Source: Eledone cirrhosa | Taxonomy: Eukaryota | Reading direction: 5' to 3' | Assembly (NCBI GenBank): GCA_964016885.1 | Contig: OZ024748.1 | Span: 11,966,001 to 12,030,000 of the forward strand | DNA: 64,000 bases | Part shown: positions 41,763 to 57,856 of the stretch, in pieces | How positions within the stretch are numbered: the first letter of the stretch is position 1 | Layout of the letters: the number at the start of each line of letters is the position of its first letter | Translations under genes and position numbers: made by a program | Notes under the pieces: generated by a model | Database searches by the model: none | Seen by the model: only the letters and a program-made list of their open reading frames with translations | What the model was told of the DNA's origin: nothing

Positions 41763-41980
41763 AATGGTGATGGTAATAATAATAATATTTACAATAGTAA
41801 TAGAAATAATGGTTTCTTTATTAGTCACAGAGGGTTTACATTAAGGAGACAATAAAGACGGCACAGACTAAAAACAAACATTAAAACATTAAAATCAATA
41901 AAAATTGTTTAAAAGAACTTTTTAAATAATAGTAATAATCATAGTCATATAAAAACAACAATAAACATTATAATAGCCAT

Positions 41981-42030
<50 letters not shown>

Positions 42031-42107
42031 ACAGCAAAAGCAACAAGATTATGAAGAAAACAACAATAATAATGATTATGGAAATAACAAATAAATAGAT
42101 AAAAATA

Positions 42108-42193
<86 letters not shown>

Positions 42194-42216
42194 ACAGACC
42201 CTCCATCTCAACTCTA

Positions 42217-42252
42217 CTTTTGAAAAGCAGAAAAACTGCGAAACCGGTAAAG
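42217..42252 (+). ncRNA. Minimal hammerhead, U3-A8 variant, inside element 42189-42325
   Basis: ctt-TTGAAAA-gcag-aaaaa-ctgc-GAAA-ccgg-TA-aag; from core through cleavage triplet the only change versus the other copies is in loop II. Confidence 0.65.
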
Positions 42253-42320
42253 GAACCAAATAAATATATATATTTAAAAAAAAATAAGACTCCAGTTGCA
42301 TTTTCGATTTCATCTTTTTT

Positions 42321-42393
<73 letters not shown>

Positions 42394-42396
42394 TTG

Positions 42397-42430
<34 letters not shown>

Positions 42431-42442
42431 TACATACATGTA

Positions 42443-42501
<59 letters not shown>

Positions 42502-42504
42502 CAC

Positions 42505-42537
<33 letters not shown>

Positions 42538-42912
42538 CACATATACACACGCACATATATAAACAGTGAAAACACAAGAAAAATCTGCATTGAGTTTTGA
42601 ATTTCGTTTGAAACAGGAAAAAGAGAGCGTAAAAAGCATAATATATCACTTAATGTTGTAACATTGAACAAACAATGACTACTTACCTGTCAAGATGGCG
42701 GCAATACACACTACAACAACAACAACAACAACAACAACAACAGAAACAATGCCAATATAAACAACAATAACATCAACAATAGCAACAATAACAACAACTA
42801 CAACAATAAAGAACGTGAACAATAGTATTACAAACAACAATGTTTAATGGAAATAACACTTCAAATGAGCTGGCTATGGGATATAAAATAAAGGGTGTAC
42901 CTATATGTATAT

Positions 42913-42976
<64 letters not shown>

Positions 42977-43059
42977 ATTTAATACATTAACAGAGAAAGC
43001 CTTAAGCGATACCCTGACCAACTCCATCTCACTCAACAAAATATATGTATATATATATA

Positions 43060-43126
<67 letters not shown>

Positions 43127-43155
43127 ATATATATATATATGTGTGTGTATATATA

Positions 43156-43246
<91 letters not shown>

Positions 43247-43334
43247 GTATATATATATATACATATGTATGTATATATATATACATATATATACATATAT
43301 ATGTATATATATACATATATGTATATAAATATAC

Positions 43335-43388
<54 letters not shown>

Positions 43389-43455
43389 GGGTGTCTATGT
43401 GTGTGTCTGTGTATGTATGTATATATATATATGTATGCATATATATATATGTACG

Positions 43456-43509
<54 letters not shown>

Positions 43510-43761
43510 CACACCATTGAAATAGTGTAGATTGTTTAACCTACACAAGAATTTCAACTGTGAAGACAATTAAGTATCACTTGACTCCATAACTCTGCCA
43601 GGGGAAAAGACTGCCATGTATATGTGTGTATATATACATAGGTGTATATATGTATATATGTATATATATACATATATACGCACATATACACATAGATGTA
43701 TATATGTATATATGTATGTATATATGTATATATGTATATACATATACATATATACATATAT

Positions 43762-43804
<43 letters not shown>

Positions 43805-43849
43805 AATATATACCTACATATAGATATGTATATACATATACATATGTAC

Positions 43850-43950
<101 letters not shown>

Positions 43951-44504
43951 AACATACATACATATATATATACATATATACATACATATATATACATATA
44001 TACATATACGTGCATTACACATCCATGAATGCCTTTATTTGAGTATGTGCTCACATACACACATACAAACACTCATACACTCACGCATACGAACACATAT
44101 GTAATTACTTCCACAAACACTGAGACACACACGCACACACACAAACACACACACACATACATACACACACAGACATACACACACACAGACACATATATAT
44201 ATACATAAATATATATATGAATATACTGTATCTCTTTATTAGTGATGTTCCATACGATCGTTTCAATGTTGCATGATGCACGACAAGCACGTTTGTGTGA
44301 AGATATGGCTGTGATACGTCTGTGAAAGAAGATATGGCTGCGGGTAACAACCAGTTATGTTCAGTTTGGAAGAGAATATAATTTAAAAAAAACCAAAATG
44401 AAAATAAATTAGAATGAATTAAAATAAAGCTGAATACAGCTGATTTCTTCCAGCGAAGGATAGAGAGTGAAAGAAAGAAAATGAGAAAGAGATACAGAGA
44501 AAGA

Positions 44505-44663
44505 ATCGACCCCAATACTTGTCATGTACATTTTTTTATCGACCCCGAAGGGATGAAAGCAAAGTTGGGCTCGGTGGTATTTGAACTCAGAGAGCAGAGA
44601 GCCGGGGCGAATACCTCAAAGCATTCTATCTGACGTTCTAACGAATCTGTCGATTCACCGCCT
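44505..44663 (-). mobile_element. SINE family A, diverged
   Basis: atcgaccccgaagggatgaaagcaaagtt..atttgaactcag. Confidence 0.75.
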
Positions 44664-45026
44664 ATACTATAGTGATATAGTAGTGACATTAGAGATAGTG
44701 ATATAGTAGTGATATAGTAGTGATATAGTAGTGACATTAGAGATAGAGATGAAATTGTAAAACAAACAATTAGTAAAATATAAATAAAAACATCAGCAAT
44801 TATGTTTTTTAAATGTGTTACTAGACACTTTCGTTCATTGGAATCTCCTGTTGTCCTAATAAATTTGCCTTGCCAGGCATTTCTAATTAGAAAAATATAG
44901 CTTTAATGTTTGTCACAATACTGTGTCCAGTTTAGACTGAAATACGTGTATATGGCTGTAACATTATATAGTTTTGGTATTTATTATCATCTTTACTACA
45001 AAGGCGATAGAACTACAACTGATAAT

Positions 45027-45410
45027 GTTCTGAGTTCGAATCCTTACGGGGTCGATAAAATAAAGTACCAGTAAGGTACTGGGGTCGATTTAATCAATGT
45101 TCCTCTCTTCCTCTAAAATTGCTGGCCTTGTTCCTAAATCAGAAACCATTATTGTTACATAATACTGTGTTGTAGTACGTTATAACTGGGAGTTATTAGT
45201 GCTGAAACAGTTGGTCTTATAAGTGTGTTAGTTAATGATTGACAGGCACTGATTTGTTGGCCTTGTGCCTAAATCAGAAACCTTTATCATCTTTACTGCA
45301 AGGGCGATAGTTTGGCTGACTCAGTAGAGCGTCGGACAACATTCTTTGCAGTATATGTTCCGACTCTTTACGTTCAAATCCCGCCTGAAGTCTACTGCGC
45401 CTTTCATGTG
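45027..45410 (+). mobile_element. SINE family A fragments (cluster)
   Basis: B-box gagttcgaatcc joined to the 3' body at 45027-45150; tail and head fragments at 45255-45410. Confidence 0.75.
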
Positions 45411-46125
45411 AACGATATGTCATATATTATACGCAGTTGTGATAGTGTCAAAGTTATCAACCACCACCACCACCACCACCACCACCACCACCACCGCCAC
45501 CGCCACCACCATCACCGCTACCACCGCCATCACCACCACCACCACCACCATCACCATCACCACCACCGCCGCCACAGAAGAAATAGTGAAAGTGAACTGC
45601 AGTGTAATTGTTCCACCACATCTATCACCATTACTTACACCACAACTACTACCACCACTACAGCCACCACAACTCCACACCTACTACCACCACTACAGCC
45701 ACCACTACAGCCACCATCACTACCACCACTACTACCACCACTACTGCCACTACTAGAGCCACCACAACTACCACCACTACTACCACCACTACAGCCACCA
45801 CTACAGCCACCATCACTACCACCACTACTACCACCACTACAGCCACCACAACTACCACCACTACTACCACCACTACAGCCACCACTACAGCCACCATCAC
45901 TACCACCACTACTACCACCACTACAGCCACCACAACTACCACCACTACTACCACCACTACAGCCACCACTACAGCCACCATTACTGCCACCATCACTACC
46001 ACCACTACTGCCACTACTAGAGCCACCACTACTACCACCACTACTACCACCACTATTCATACACTAGATTTGTGGATCTAAATATCTCCCTCTAGTTACA
46101 CACACACACCTATCTATCTATCTAT

Positions 46126-46499
46126 ATATCAAATACCACTTTGGAAGAAGAATCAGGATGGAGAGAGAGGTGCTGTACCCCAGCAAGTTTTATGAAAGGT
46201 GGGTGAAAGTGGCGAGAATGGCCCGAGTGAATGGGCCTTCTCTCTATATCAGCCTGTAGGTTGAGGAAAAAGAGGAGGAGAGGAAAGGAGTACAAGCTCT
46301 TCGTACTCCTGGAGATGAGGGTTGCACATTTTTTTTCGGGGGTATGTGTTACCCATATAAACTGTCTCCCTCTATTGGGGAAAATCGACTAACTTTTAAA
46401 TTCCATCTGTGATAACATTTTACACGTTTTTATTGTATGTAAACTTCCCCCTTTGTATTTGTCCCCTTCTTTTGTGCCCCTGTGGCTAATAAAGAAATA

Positions 46500-46500
<1 letters not shown>
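46126..46500 (+). mobile_element. Tx1/L1-type LINE 3' fragment within (CTAT)n
   Basis: IKYHFGRRIRMEREVLYPSKFYERWVKVARMARVNGPSLYISL*, then a 3' UTR ending cccctgtggctaataaagaaat. Confidence 0.65.
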
Positions 46501-46552
<52 letters not shown>

Positions 46553-47007
46553 GTCTATCCATCCATCTATCTATTTATCTATATGTGCACAAGTGTATTT
46601 GCACATTCACACATGCACACATAAAAAAATATATTTATATATCTATGTATATATATTTATATATCTATGTATATATATTTATATATTTATATATACATAT
46701 GTGTATAAGTAAATACACAGACACACACACACATAGACACAAACACATACACAGAAACAGACACACAGCTATACACATATATACACTAACCTAGTCCTCT
46801 CATTTCTCACCACTACAAAACTACATTCGATATAAACGGGAAAAAATAATCTTTTTCATTTTTTTTTAACACATTTAAAAATGTTTTCTTTTTTATCTTT
46901 TTCTTTTTATTCTTATTTCGTATTTCGTATTTCGTTTTTCTTTTCCTTTCTTTATTCCATTCAGCACAGCACACACACACGTATACATATATGTATGCAT
47001 GTATCTC

Positions 47008-47109
<102 letters not shown>

Positions 47110-47163
47110 CAGATATATATCAATAAATATATATATGTGTGTATATATATGTATATATATATG

Positions 47164-47209
<46 letters not shown>

Positions 47210-47333
47210 TATATATATACATATATATGTATACATACATATATATATGTGTATAAATATGTATGTATATATATATGTGCGTGTGTGTGTGTGTGTTTAT
47301 ATATATATATATATATATAATATATATTTGTGC

Positions 47334-47392
<59 letters not shown>

Positions 47393-47506
47393 TATATAGT
47401 ATATTTCTATTGTGTTGCCATTTCGTCAAGTATGTATTCTATTAGTGTTTTATTAACATTCTGTTGTTCTATAAATCCATTAATCTTTCTCCAATGACAT
47501 TAACAG

Positions 47507-47578
47507 AGATGACTTCTTTGGTAAAGAAGTTAAAAAAAGACAGCAAATCTCTAGAAATTGTAGAATTTACAAAGAAAG
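47507..47578 (+). CDS. Candidate 72-nt phase 1-1 coding exon of an unidentified host gene
   Basis: taacag|AGATG...AAGAAAG|gtgagt; [24 protein letters not shown]. The second copy (50997-51068) differs by synonymous TTA/TTG. Confidence 0.55.
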
Positions 47579-47742
47579 GTGAGTAAGGGTGGCGTGAGGG
47601 TAGAAGAGATAAAAAATATTTAATTAATGAATTAATTAAATGGAAATTATATAAGATTGAATATGTTGTACATTGACAAACGCACACACACTCGTGCACA
47701 CAAATGTATACATATGTATACAAATATATACAAATATATACG

Positions 47743-47817
<75 letters not shown>

Positions 47818-47919
47818 ATATATACTCATGATGTACTGTTAAAGACACACACAGACACAAATATTCATATATATAAATATATATATATAAACACACACAC
47901 ACACACACTTATATATATA

Positions 47920-47973
<54 letters not shown>

Positions 47974-48030
47974 ATGTTGAGTATGTATCAAGCCATTATG
48001 AGACACTTGTTTGTGTGTCTGATTTCATAC

Positions 48031-48085
<55 letters not shown>

Positions 48086-48093
48086 TATATATA

Positions 48094-48132
<39 letters not shown>

Positions 48133-48654
48133 TATATATATGCATATATATATATGCATGCATATATATATGGTCATATATCCTATATGTATGTACATAT
48201 ATCTATTTATCTATATGTTTATGTGTGTGTGTATGTTTATGTATACACTCACCTATACATACATACACCTGTATATTAAATCAGAACACATTACTGTCTA
48301 TTATTTATAATTATTTACCTTTTTATTTTCATTTTCATTTTTTATATTCTGTCTTCTACTAATTTCTTTCCTAAAATATATTTAATTTCATTTATCAACT
48401 AATTAACCTCATTAATTAGTCATTGTTCTCTTTGATAATTGTAAAGTTCTCTGCTAATATTTGCTAAATACTTTAACTAAACAGTATGTGTAGCTACTGT
48501 AGTGTAGAAGAGAACAGAGAGTCGCAGTTTCAATTTTGGATTATATTTTTATTACACATCACTTATCATTAATCACGTTTTTTTCCTGACGAGAACGACT
48601 ATCAAAGTCTCATGATATTCTCTGAGAATTACTGTTTCAATTTCAGCCAATCAC

Positions 48655-48707
48655 AATGGTATTACGATTGGAGAATATCCCTAATGCCTGTATTGTTGTC
48701 TGAGAAT

Positions 48708-48778
<71 letters not shown>

Positions 48779-49168
48779 TTAAGAATAACATGGTTGAACA
48801 AAACAAATAAGTGTATTTAATTATGGTCTTACAATTGTTTCCATGGTAGAATTCTCTATAAATTGCTAAATCAACTTACAATACATATAAACATACCATT
48901 TCATCGGAGATCCAAAGTAAATATAAATATATGCGTAATGGTAAACTAAAAAATTCAAATTATTACGTTAATACTATTGTTAACGTAATAATTTGAATTT
49001 TTTAGTTACCGTTACGCATATATTTATATTTACTTTGGATCTCCGATGAAATGGTATGTTTATATGTATTGTAAGTTGATTTAGCAATTTATAGAGAATT
49101 CTACCATGGAAACAATTGTAAGACTATAATTAAATACACTTTTGTTTTGTCAACCATGTTATTCTTAA

Positions 49169-49215
<47 letters not shown>

Positions 49216-49264
49216 TCAAACAACAATACAGGCGTTAGGGATATTCTCCAATCGTAATGCATTG
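48655..49264. repeat. Composite fold-back (~50-bp outer arms, (TA)n, ~195-bp inner arms)
   Basis: Centre at ~48975 (acgttaatactattgttaacgt); repeated in the duplicate at ~52119-52719. Confidence 0.93.
49040..49123 (+). ncRNA. Hammerhead-like motif, U4C core, long loop II (mirror at 48827-48910 minus)
   Basis: tct-CCGATGA-aATGGTA...TACCATg-GAAA-caattg-TA-aga; ACAATTGT palindrome. Confidence 0.5.
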
Positions 49265-49433
49265 ATAAATAAACAGAGGAAGGGAGTCATATGGAAATGA
49301 GGAAGAAAGAGAGAAAGAAGGAACTAATATATAGTTAAAAGTATAATCGGCAACTATACGAAATCAACCTATCGTATTAAAACCTATTATATATTAAACC
49401 TATCATATATTAAACCTATTATATATTAAAACC

Positions 49434-49490
<57 letters not shown>

Positions 49491-50045
49491 GAAAAGAATG
49501 AAATGAAATTTCATTTCTCACTCTTAGTACGGCTGATACTTAAATGTAAGTATGTATACGTACATACATATATGTATACAGACGTACAGTAGTATGTATA
49601 TATATACATACATGCACACACACACACATATATATATATATATGTACGTATGCGGTTTACCGAACATTTATTATAATGTTCTTTCTTTCACACGTACAGC
49701 AAAGACAAGTACAACTGTAACATCCGTCACATAGTTTTTTTGTGACTTCTCTCCTGTAAAATATTCTTTTGATTTAAACCATTAAACTACAACAGCACCC
49801 ACAACAACTTCAACTACAACAACAACGATAAAGACATGAACTGGCACAATAACAACCACAACAACAACCATAACAACAACGACAACACCACCAACTCCAA
49901 CAACAACATCAACAACCACAATATCAATAACAACCATCACTAGAGCAAAGGCAACAATAATAATAATGGGACCATTAAAGCGAAAACAAAATGGCGCATC
50001 TATTTTTAAAACGTGTCCGTTTTCACGCATGCGCCATCTCCCTGC

Positions 50046-50245
50046 NNNNNNNNNNNNNNNNNNNNNNNNNNNNNNNNNNNNNNNNNNNNNNNNNNNNNNN
50101 NNNNNNNNNNNNNNNNNNNNNNNNNNNNNNNNNNNNNNNNNNNNNNNNNNNNNNNNNNNNNNNNNNNNNNNNNNNNNNNNNNNNNNNNNNNNNNNNNNNN
50201 NNNNNNNNNNNNNNNNNNNNNNNNNNNNNNNNNNNNNNNNNNNNN
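50046..50245. other. Assembly gap, 200 N
   Basis: Run of n. Confidence 1.
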
Positions 50246-50483
50246 ACATATATACACTAACCTAGTCCTCTCATTTCTCACCACTACAAAACTACATTCG
50301 ATATAAACGGGAAAAAAATAATCTTTTTCATTTTTTTTTTAACACATTTAAAAATGTTTTCTTTTTTATCTTTTTCTTTTTTATTCTTATTTCGTATTTC
50401 GTATTTCGTTTTTTTCTTTTCCTTTCTTTATTCCATTCAGCACAGCACACACACACGTATACATATATGTATGCATGTATCTC

Positions 50484-50558
<75 letters not shown>

Positions 50559-50642
50559 TATATATATATATTATATATATATATATACAGATATATATCA
50601 ATAAATATATATATGTGTGTATATATATGTTATATATATATG

Positions 50643-50690
<48 letters not shown>

Positions 50691-50779
50691 TATATATATA
50701 CATATATATGTATAACATACATATATATATGTGTATAAATATGTATGTATATATATATGTGCGTGTGTGTGTGTGTGTT

Positions 50780-50810
<31 letters not shown>

Positions 50811-50817
50811 TTTGTGC

Positions 50818-50877
<60 letters not shown>

Positions 50878-51232
50878 TATATATATAGTATATTTCTATT
50901 GTGTTGCCATTTCGTCAAGTATGTATTCTATTAGTGTTTTTATTAACATTCTGTTGTTCTATAAATCCATTAATCTTTCTCCAATGACATTAACAGAGAT
51001 GACTTCTTTGGTAAAGAAGTTGAAAAAAGACAGCAAATCTCTAGAAATTGTAGAATTTACAAAGAAAGGTGAGTAAGGGTGGCGTGAGGGTAGAAGAGAT
51101 AAAAAATATTTAATTAATGAATTAATTAAATGGAAATTATATAAGATTGAATATGTTGTACATTGACAAACGCACACACACTCGTGCACACAAATGTATA
51201 CATATGTATACAAATATATACAAATATATACG

Positions 51233-51317
<85 letters not shown>

Positions 51318-51428
51318 ATATATACTCATGATGTACTGTTAAAGACACACACAGACACAAATATTCATATATATAAATATATATATATAAACACACACAC
51401 ACACACACTTATATATATATATATATAT

Positions 51429-51461
<33 letters not shown>

Positions 51462-51519
51462 ATGTTGAGTATGTATCAGCCATTATGAGACACTTGTTTG
51501 TGTGTCTGATTTCATACTA

Positions 51520-51586
<67 letters not shown>

Positions 51587-52172
51587 GCGTATATATATTG
51601 CATATATATATATGCATGCATATATATATGGTCATATATCCTATATGTATGTACATATATCTATTTATCTATATGTTTATGTGTGTGTGTATGTTTATGT
51701 ATACACTCACCTATACATACATTACACCTGTATATTAAATCAGAACACATTACTGTCTATTATTTATAATTATTTACCTTTTTTATTTTTCATTTTCATT
51801 TTTTATATTCTGTCTTCTACTAATTTCTTTCCTAAAATATATTTAATTTCATTTATCAACTAATTAACCTCATTAATTAGTCATTGTTCTCTTTGATAAT
51901 TGTAAAGTTCTCTGCTAATATTTGCTAAATACTTTAACTAAACAGTATGTGTAGCTACTGTAGTGTAGAAGAGAACAGAGAGGTCGCAGTTTCAATTTTG
52001 GATTATATTTTTTATTACACATCACTTATCATTAATCACGTTTTTTTCCTGACCGAGAACGACTATCAAAAGTCTCATGATATTCTCTGAGAATTACTGT
52101 TTCAATTTCAGCCAATCACAATGGCATTACGATTGGAGAATATCCCTAATGCCTGTATTGTTGTCTGAGAAT

Positions 52173-52235
<63 letters not shown>

Positions 52236-52630
52236 TTAAGAATAACATGGTTGACAAAACAAATAAGTGTATTTAATTATGGTCTTACAATTGTTTCCAT
52301 GGTAGAATTCTCTATAAATTGCTAAATCAACTTACAATACATATAAACATACCATTTCATCGGAGATCCAAAGTAAATATAAATATATGCGTAATGGTAA
52401 ACTAAAAAATTCAAATTATTACGTTAATACTATTGTTAACGTAATAATTTGAATTTTTTAGTTTACCGTTACGCATATATTTATATTTACTTTGGATCTC
52501 CGATGAAAATGGTATGTTTATATGTATTGTAAGTTGATTTAGCAATTTATAGAGAATTCTACCATGGAAACAATTGTAAGACTATAATTAAATACACTTT
52601 TGTTTTGTCAACCATGTTATTCTTAACTTT

Positions 52631-52668
<38 letters not shown>

Positions 52669-52897
52669 TCAAACAACAATACAGGCGTTAGGGGATATTC
52701 TCCAATCGTAATGCCATTGATAAATAAACAGAGGAAGGGGAGTCATATGGAAATGAGGAAGAAAGAGAGAAAGAAGGAACTAATATATAGTTAAAAGTAT
52801 AATCGGCAAACTATACGAAATCAACCTATCGTATTAAAACCTATTATATATTAAAACCTATCATATATTAAACCTATTATATATTAAAACCTATTAT

Positions 52898-52975
<78 letters not shown>

Positions 52976-53532
52976 AAGAATGAAATGAAATTTCATTTCT
53001 CACTCTTAGTACGGCTGATACTTAAATGTAAGTATGTATACGTACATACATATATGTATACAGACGTACAGTAGTATGTATATATATACATACATGCACA
53101 CGCACAACAATATATATATATATATATGTACGTATGGGTTTACCGAACATTTATTATAATGTTCTTTCTTTCACACGTACAGCAAAGACAAGTACAAACT
53201 GTAACATCCGTCACATAGTTTTTTTGTGACTTCTCTCCTGTAAAATATTCTTTTGATTTAAACCATTAAACTACAACAGCACCCACAACAACTTCAACTA
53301 CAACAAACAACGATAAAGACAAGAAACTGGCACAATAACAACCACAACAACAACCATAACAACAACGACAACACCACCAACTCCAACAACAACATCAACA
53401 ACCACAATATCAATAACAACCATCACTAGAGCAAAAGGCAACAATAATAATAATGGGACCATTAAAGCGAAAACAAAATGGCGCATCTATTTTTAAAACG
53501 TGTCCGTTTTCACGCATGCGCCATCTCCCTGC
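50246..53532. repeat. Second copy of ~3.3-kb duplication
   Basis: Starts exactly after the gap; differs mainly in microsatellite and homopolymer lengths. Confidence 0.97.
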
Positions 53533-54077
53533 AGTAATCACTTGTGTACATCCATTAATACAGCACATTTAATTCTGGACCTATTCTCCCTTCGAAAATA
53601 CCATTAATCTTTGACTTTTTTCACGCCAGTAGTTTGGTTTTTGTTTCATTTTAATATCAGAGAGTTGTGACGTTAAGTTTCTGCCTTCCATGGTGGAATC
53701 CCCGTTTCTAGTCAAGGTTAAAGTCATGACACTTTAGTCCCGTCTATAATACTCTTGAAAAAGGCGCGAACATTACACTTCCCAATTCCTGTTACCCTCC
53801 TCCCCCTTCTACCCCTCTCTATATCTCTCTCTCTTTTTTTTCCTATCTAATCCCCCCCCCCCTCTCTCATCATCTCTTTATATATCTCCCTCTCTTTATA
53901 TATCTCTCTCTTTTTCCTATCTTCTCCCCCTCCTCTCGCCCATCATCTCTCTGCCCTCTCTCTCTCATCATCCCTCTTCCATCTCTCACTCTCTCTTTCT
54001 CTTTTTTTTCTATTTCTCTCTCTCTATATATATATCTCTCTTTGTCTATCTGTCTCCCCTCTCTTTCTGGTTTCCTT

Positions 54078-54112
<35 letters not shown>

Positions 54113-54125
54113 TTTTTATTTCTCT

Positions 54126-54156
<31 letters not shown>

Positions 54157-54382
54157 CCCTTTCTATTTCTATCTATCTCCCCCCCCCCTCCCTCTCTCAC
54201 ACACACGCTCTATCTCTCTGTCTACTTCTCTTCTATAAACCCGAGGCTGCAGAAATAAAATAAAACAGACATCACCCCTATCATAGCTTAGTAGTACTTA
54301 TACTTTCAATGATATCATATTTACAGATGGAACAACTGTGAGAAACACAGAATTAACTGACCTCTCCCCCTCTCTCCCCCCT

Positions 54383-54880
54383 GCCTGTCTGTGTGTCTGT
54401 CTATCTGTCTGTCTGATTGTCGACTGTCTCTCTGTCGGTCCGTCTGTCAGTCTGTCTAATTGACTATCTAATTGTCTGAATGTCTATCCGATTGACTATC
54501 TGTCTGTCTATCTGTCTGTTTATCTGTCTGTCTATCTGTCTGTCTGATTGTCTGTCTATTTGTCTGTCTGTCTGTCTGTCTGATTGTCCTGACTAATCGG
54601 TCTGTCTATCTGTCTGTCTATCGGTCTGTCTATCGGTCTGTCTGATTGTCTGTCTATCTGTCTGTCTGTCTGTCTGTCTGTATGTATGTATATCTGATTG
54701 TCTGTCTATCTGTCTGACTATCTGTCTGTCTGTCTATCTGTTTTATCTGTCTGACTATCTGTCTGTATCTGTCTGTCTATCGGTCTGTCTGATTGTCTGT
54801 CTATCTGTCTGTCTGTCTGTCTGTATATCTGTCTGTCTATCTGTCTGTCTATCTGGCTGTCCATCTGTCTGTCTGATTGT
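54383..54880. repeat. (TCTG/TCTA)n tetranucleotide array
   Basis: Direct inspection. Confidence 0.95.
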
Positions 54881-54940
54881 CTCTCTCTCTTTCTCTCTCT
54901 CTCACCATCTATCTAAAACAACAACAACAACAACAACAAA

Positions 54941-54973
<33 letters not shown>

Positions 54974-55003
54974 AACACCACCACCACCACCACCACCACC
55001 ACC

Positions 55004-55035
<32 letters not shown>

Positions 55036-55151
55036 CAACAACTGTTTATTAAACCCGAAATATCTATTATGATTTTGAACACAATTCAATAACTTGTCAC
55101 TTTTAAAGTTGTCTAAATGCTCAAGCACTTTGTAGTCAATTATTAAAACAC

Positions 55152-55191
<40 letters not shown>

Positions 55192-55350
55192 GTCTTAGCG
55201 AGAGTCGGGGCTCGTATATGAATGTATGAATGTTATGTATGTATGTATACATAAATCCGTATATACATAGATATATACATACATTCATACACCGGCGCAT
55301 ATGTATGATTGTACGTACGTACGTATGTATGTATGTAGTATGTATGTATG

Positions 55351-55381
<31 letters not shown>

Positions 55382-55935
55382 TGTATGTATGTATGTATGT
55401 ATGTATGTAAGTATGTATGTATGTAAGTATGTATATATGTATATATGTATGTATGTAGGTAGGTAGGCATGTACGTATGTACGTATGTATGTATGTATGT
55501 ATGTATGTATGTATGTATGTATGTATGTATGTATGTATGTATGTATGTATGTATGTTATGTAAGTATGTATATATGTATATATGTATATATGTAAGTATG
55601 TATGTATGTATGTAGGTAGGTAGGTAGGTATGTACGTATGTACGTATGTATGTACGTATGTATGTATGTAAGTATGTATGTATGTATGTAAGTATGTATA
55701 TATGTATATATGTATGTATGTAGGTAGGTAGGTATGTATATATGTATGTATGTAAGTATGTATATATGTATATATGTATGTATGTAGGTAGGTAGGTATG
55801 TATATATATATCGCAGACAAACATTTAGAATATTTTTCAATAGTTTGCAATAGAAAAGAAACTCTTGTGGAATAAAACGATTAGATTTGATTGAAGAAGT
55901 TAGAATCTGGTCTGTCTTCCACAGGACTGATAACA

Positions 55936-56110
55936 ATATCGTCTGCTTCAATGAAATATTTACAACTACAACAACAACAATAAACCGTATCGTCTGCTTC
56001 AACGAAATATTTACAACTACAACAATAAAAACAACAATAGTATCATCTCCAATGAAATATTTAAAACGACAACAACAATATCGTCTGCTTCAATGAAATA
56101 TTTACAACAA
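55936..56110. repeat. About 4 degenerate ~40-50 bp tandem units
   Basis: tatcgtctgcttcaatgaaatatttacaac recurring. Confidence 0.8.
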
Positions 56111-56520
56111 CAATAATAACAACAACAATAATAGCAGCAACAACAACAAACAACAACAGCAGCAACAACAGCATTACAACAAAAACAACGTTTACAACAA
56201 AAACAACTTAAACAATAACAACAGTATCAAAACAACAACAACAGCAGTAGAATCACAACAACATCATTAATAACAATTACAATAACAACGATATCGCAAC
56301 AATAACATTAATAACAATACCAACAACAACAACTGCAACAATAACAACGTGAATAGTAAAGAATTCTTTGAATATTTATTATATATTTAGAATAAGAATA
56401 AGAAAATCGAAAAATAAAACTTCAAACGATTTGCAAGGAATGTCTAGAAGTCGTAAAAATGATTCATTTTTCTGTGTCACATATTTATTTTCATTTAAGT
56501 GTGGCGGGTATGTGTGTGTG

Positions 56521-56600
<80 letters not shown>

Positions 56601-56635
56601 GTATATATATATATTTATATATATATATGTGTGTG

Positions 56636-56718
<83 letters not shown>

Positions 56719-56811
56719 ATATGTATATATATATATATATAATTGTGTGTATATGTATATATATATATATATACATAATATTCATATATGTACACAAACA
56801 CATATGAATAT

Positions 56812-56883
<72 letters not shown>

Positions 56884-56947
56884 TACATAATATTCATATA
56901 TGTACACAAACACATACGTATATATAAGGGTTTATATATATATAATG

Positions 56948-56993
<46 letters not shown>

Positions 56994-57155
56994 GATACAT
57001 ACTTATGTATATGAATATACATAAGTATAATAATATCTATAAAAATAAAGATAATGGTGTTTCGAATTCTTTATTCAATACATCAGTTTCAATCTTGAAT
57101 TACCCAACCATCTACCCGTTCTTCAATACACCCACCACACACGTATGTATATATG

Positions 57156-57216
<61 letters not shown>

Positions 57217-57823
57217 ATATATATGTAAGTACCATCTCGAAAAAATGAAGGATGTATTAGATAGAGTATACTTAGACCGTCTTAAAGACAAGATGGTAAC
57301 CTCCATATACAGGATTGTCATCTAGGATAAACATTACCACCACCATCACCACCACCACCACCATCACCATCGCCACCATTAACACCACCATCACCGCTAT
57401 CAACGCCACTACCATCACCACCACCACCATTAACACCACCACCACCACCACCACCACCACCACCATCAACGCCAATACCATCATCATCAACACCACCACC
57501 ACCACCACCACCAACACCACCACCACCATAACCACCATGATCAATAACACCACCACTATCATCACCATCAACACCGCCAACACCACCACCTCCACCAGCA
57601 GCAGCAGCAGCAGCAGCGGCAGCAGCAGCACCACCACCACCATCTTCATCATCACCATCATCAACACCATCACTAACAATACCACCACTAACAACAACAA
57701 CAACACCACCACCGACACTGCTATCACCGCCACCATCACCACCATCACCACCATCATCAATAACACCACCACCATCACCATTTTGATCATCAGCACCAGC
57801 ACCAGCACCACCACCACCACAAT

Positions 57824-57856
<33 letters not shown>

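Noticed and set aside
49782-50306. ORFs containing X runs
   Set aside because: They span the N gap.
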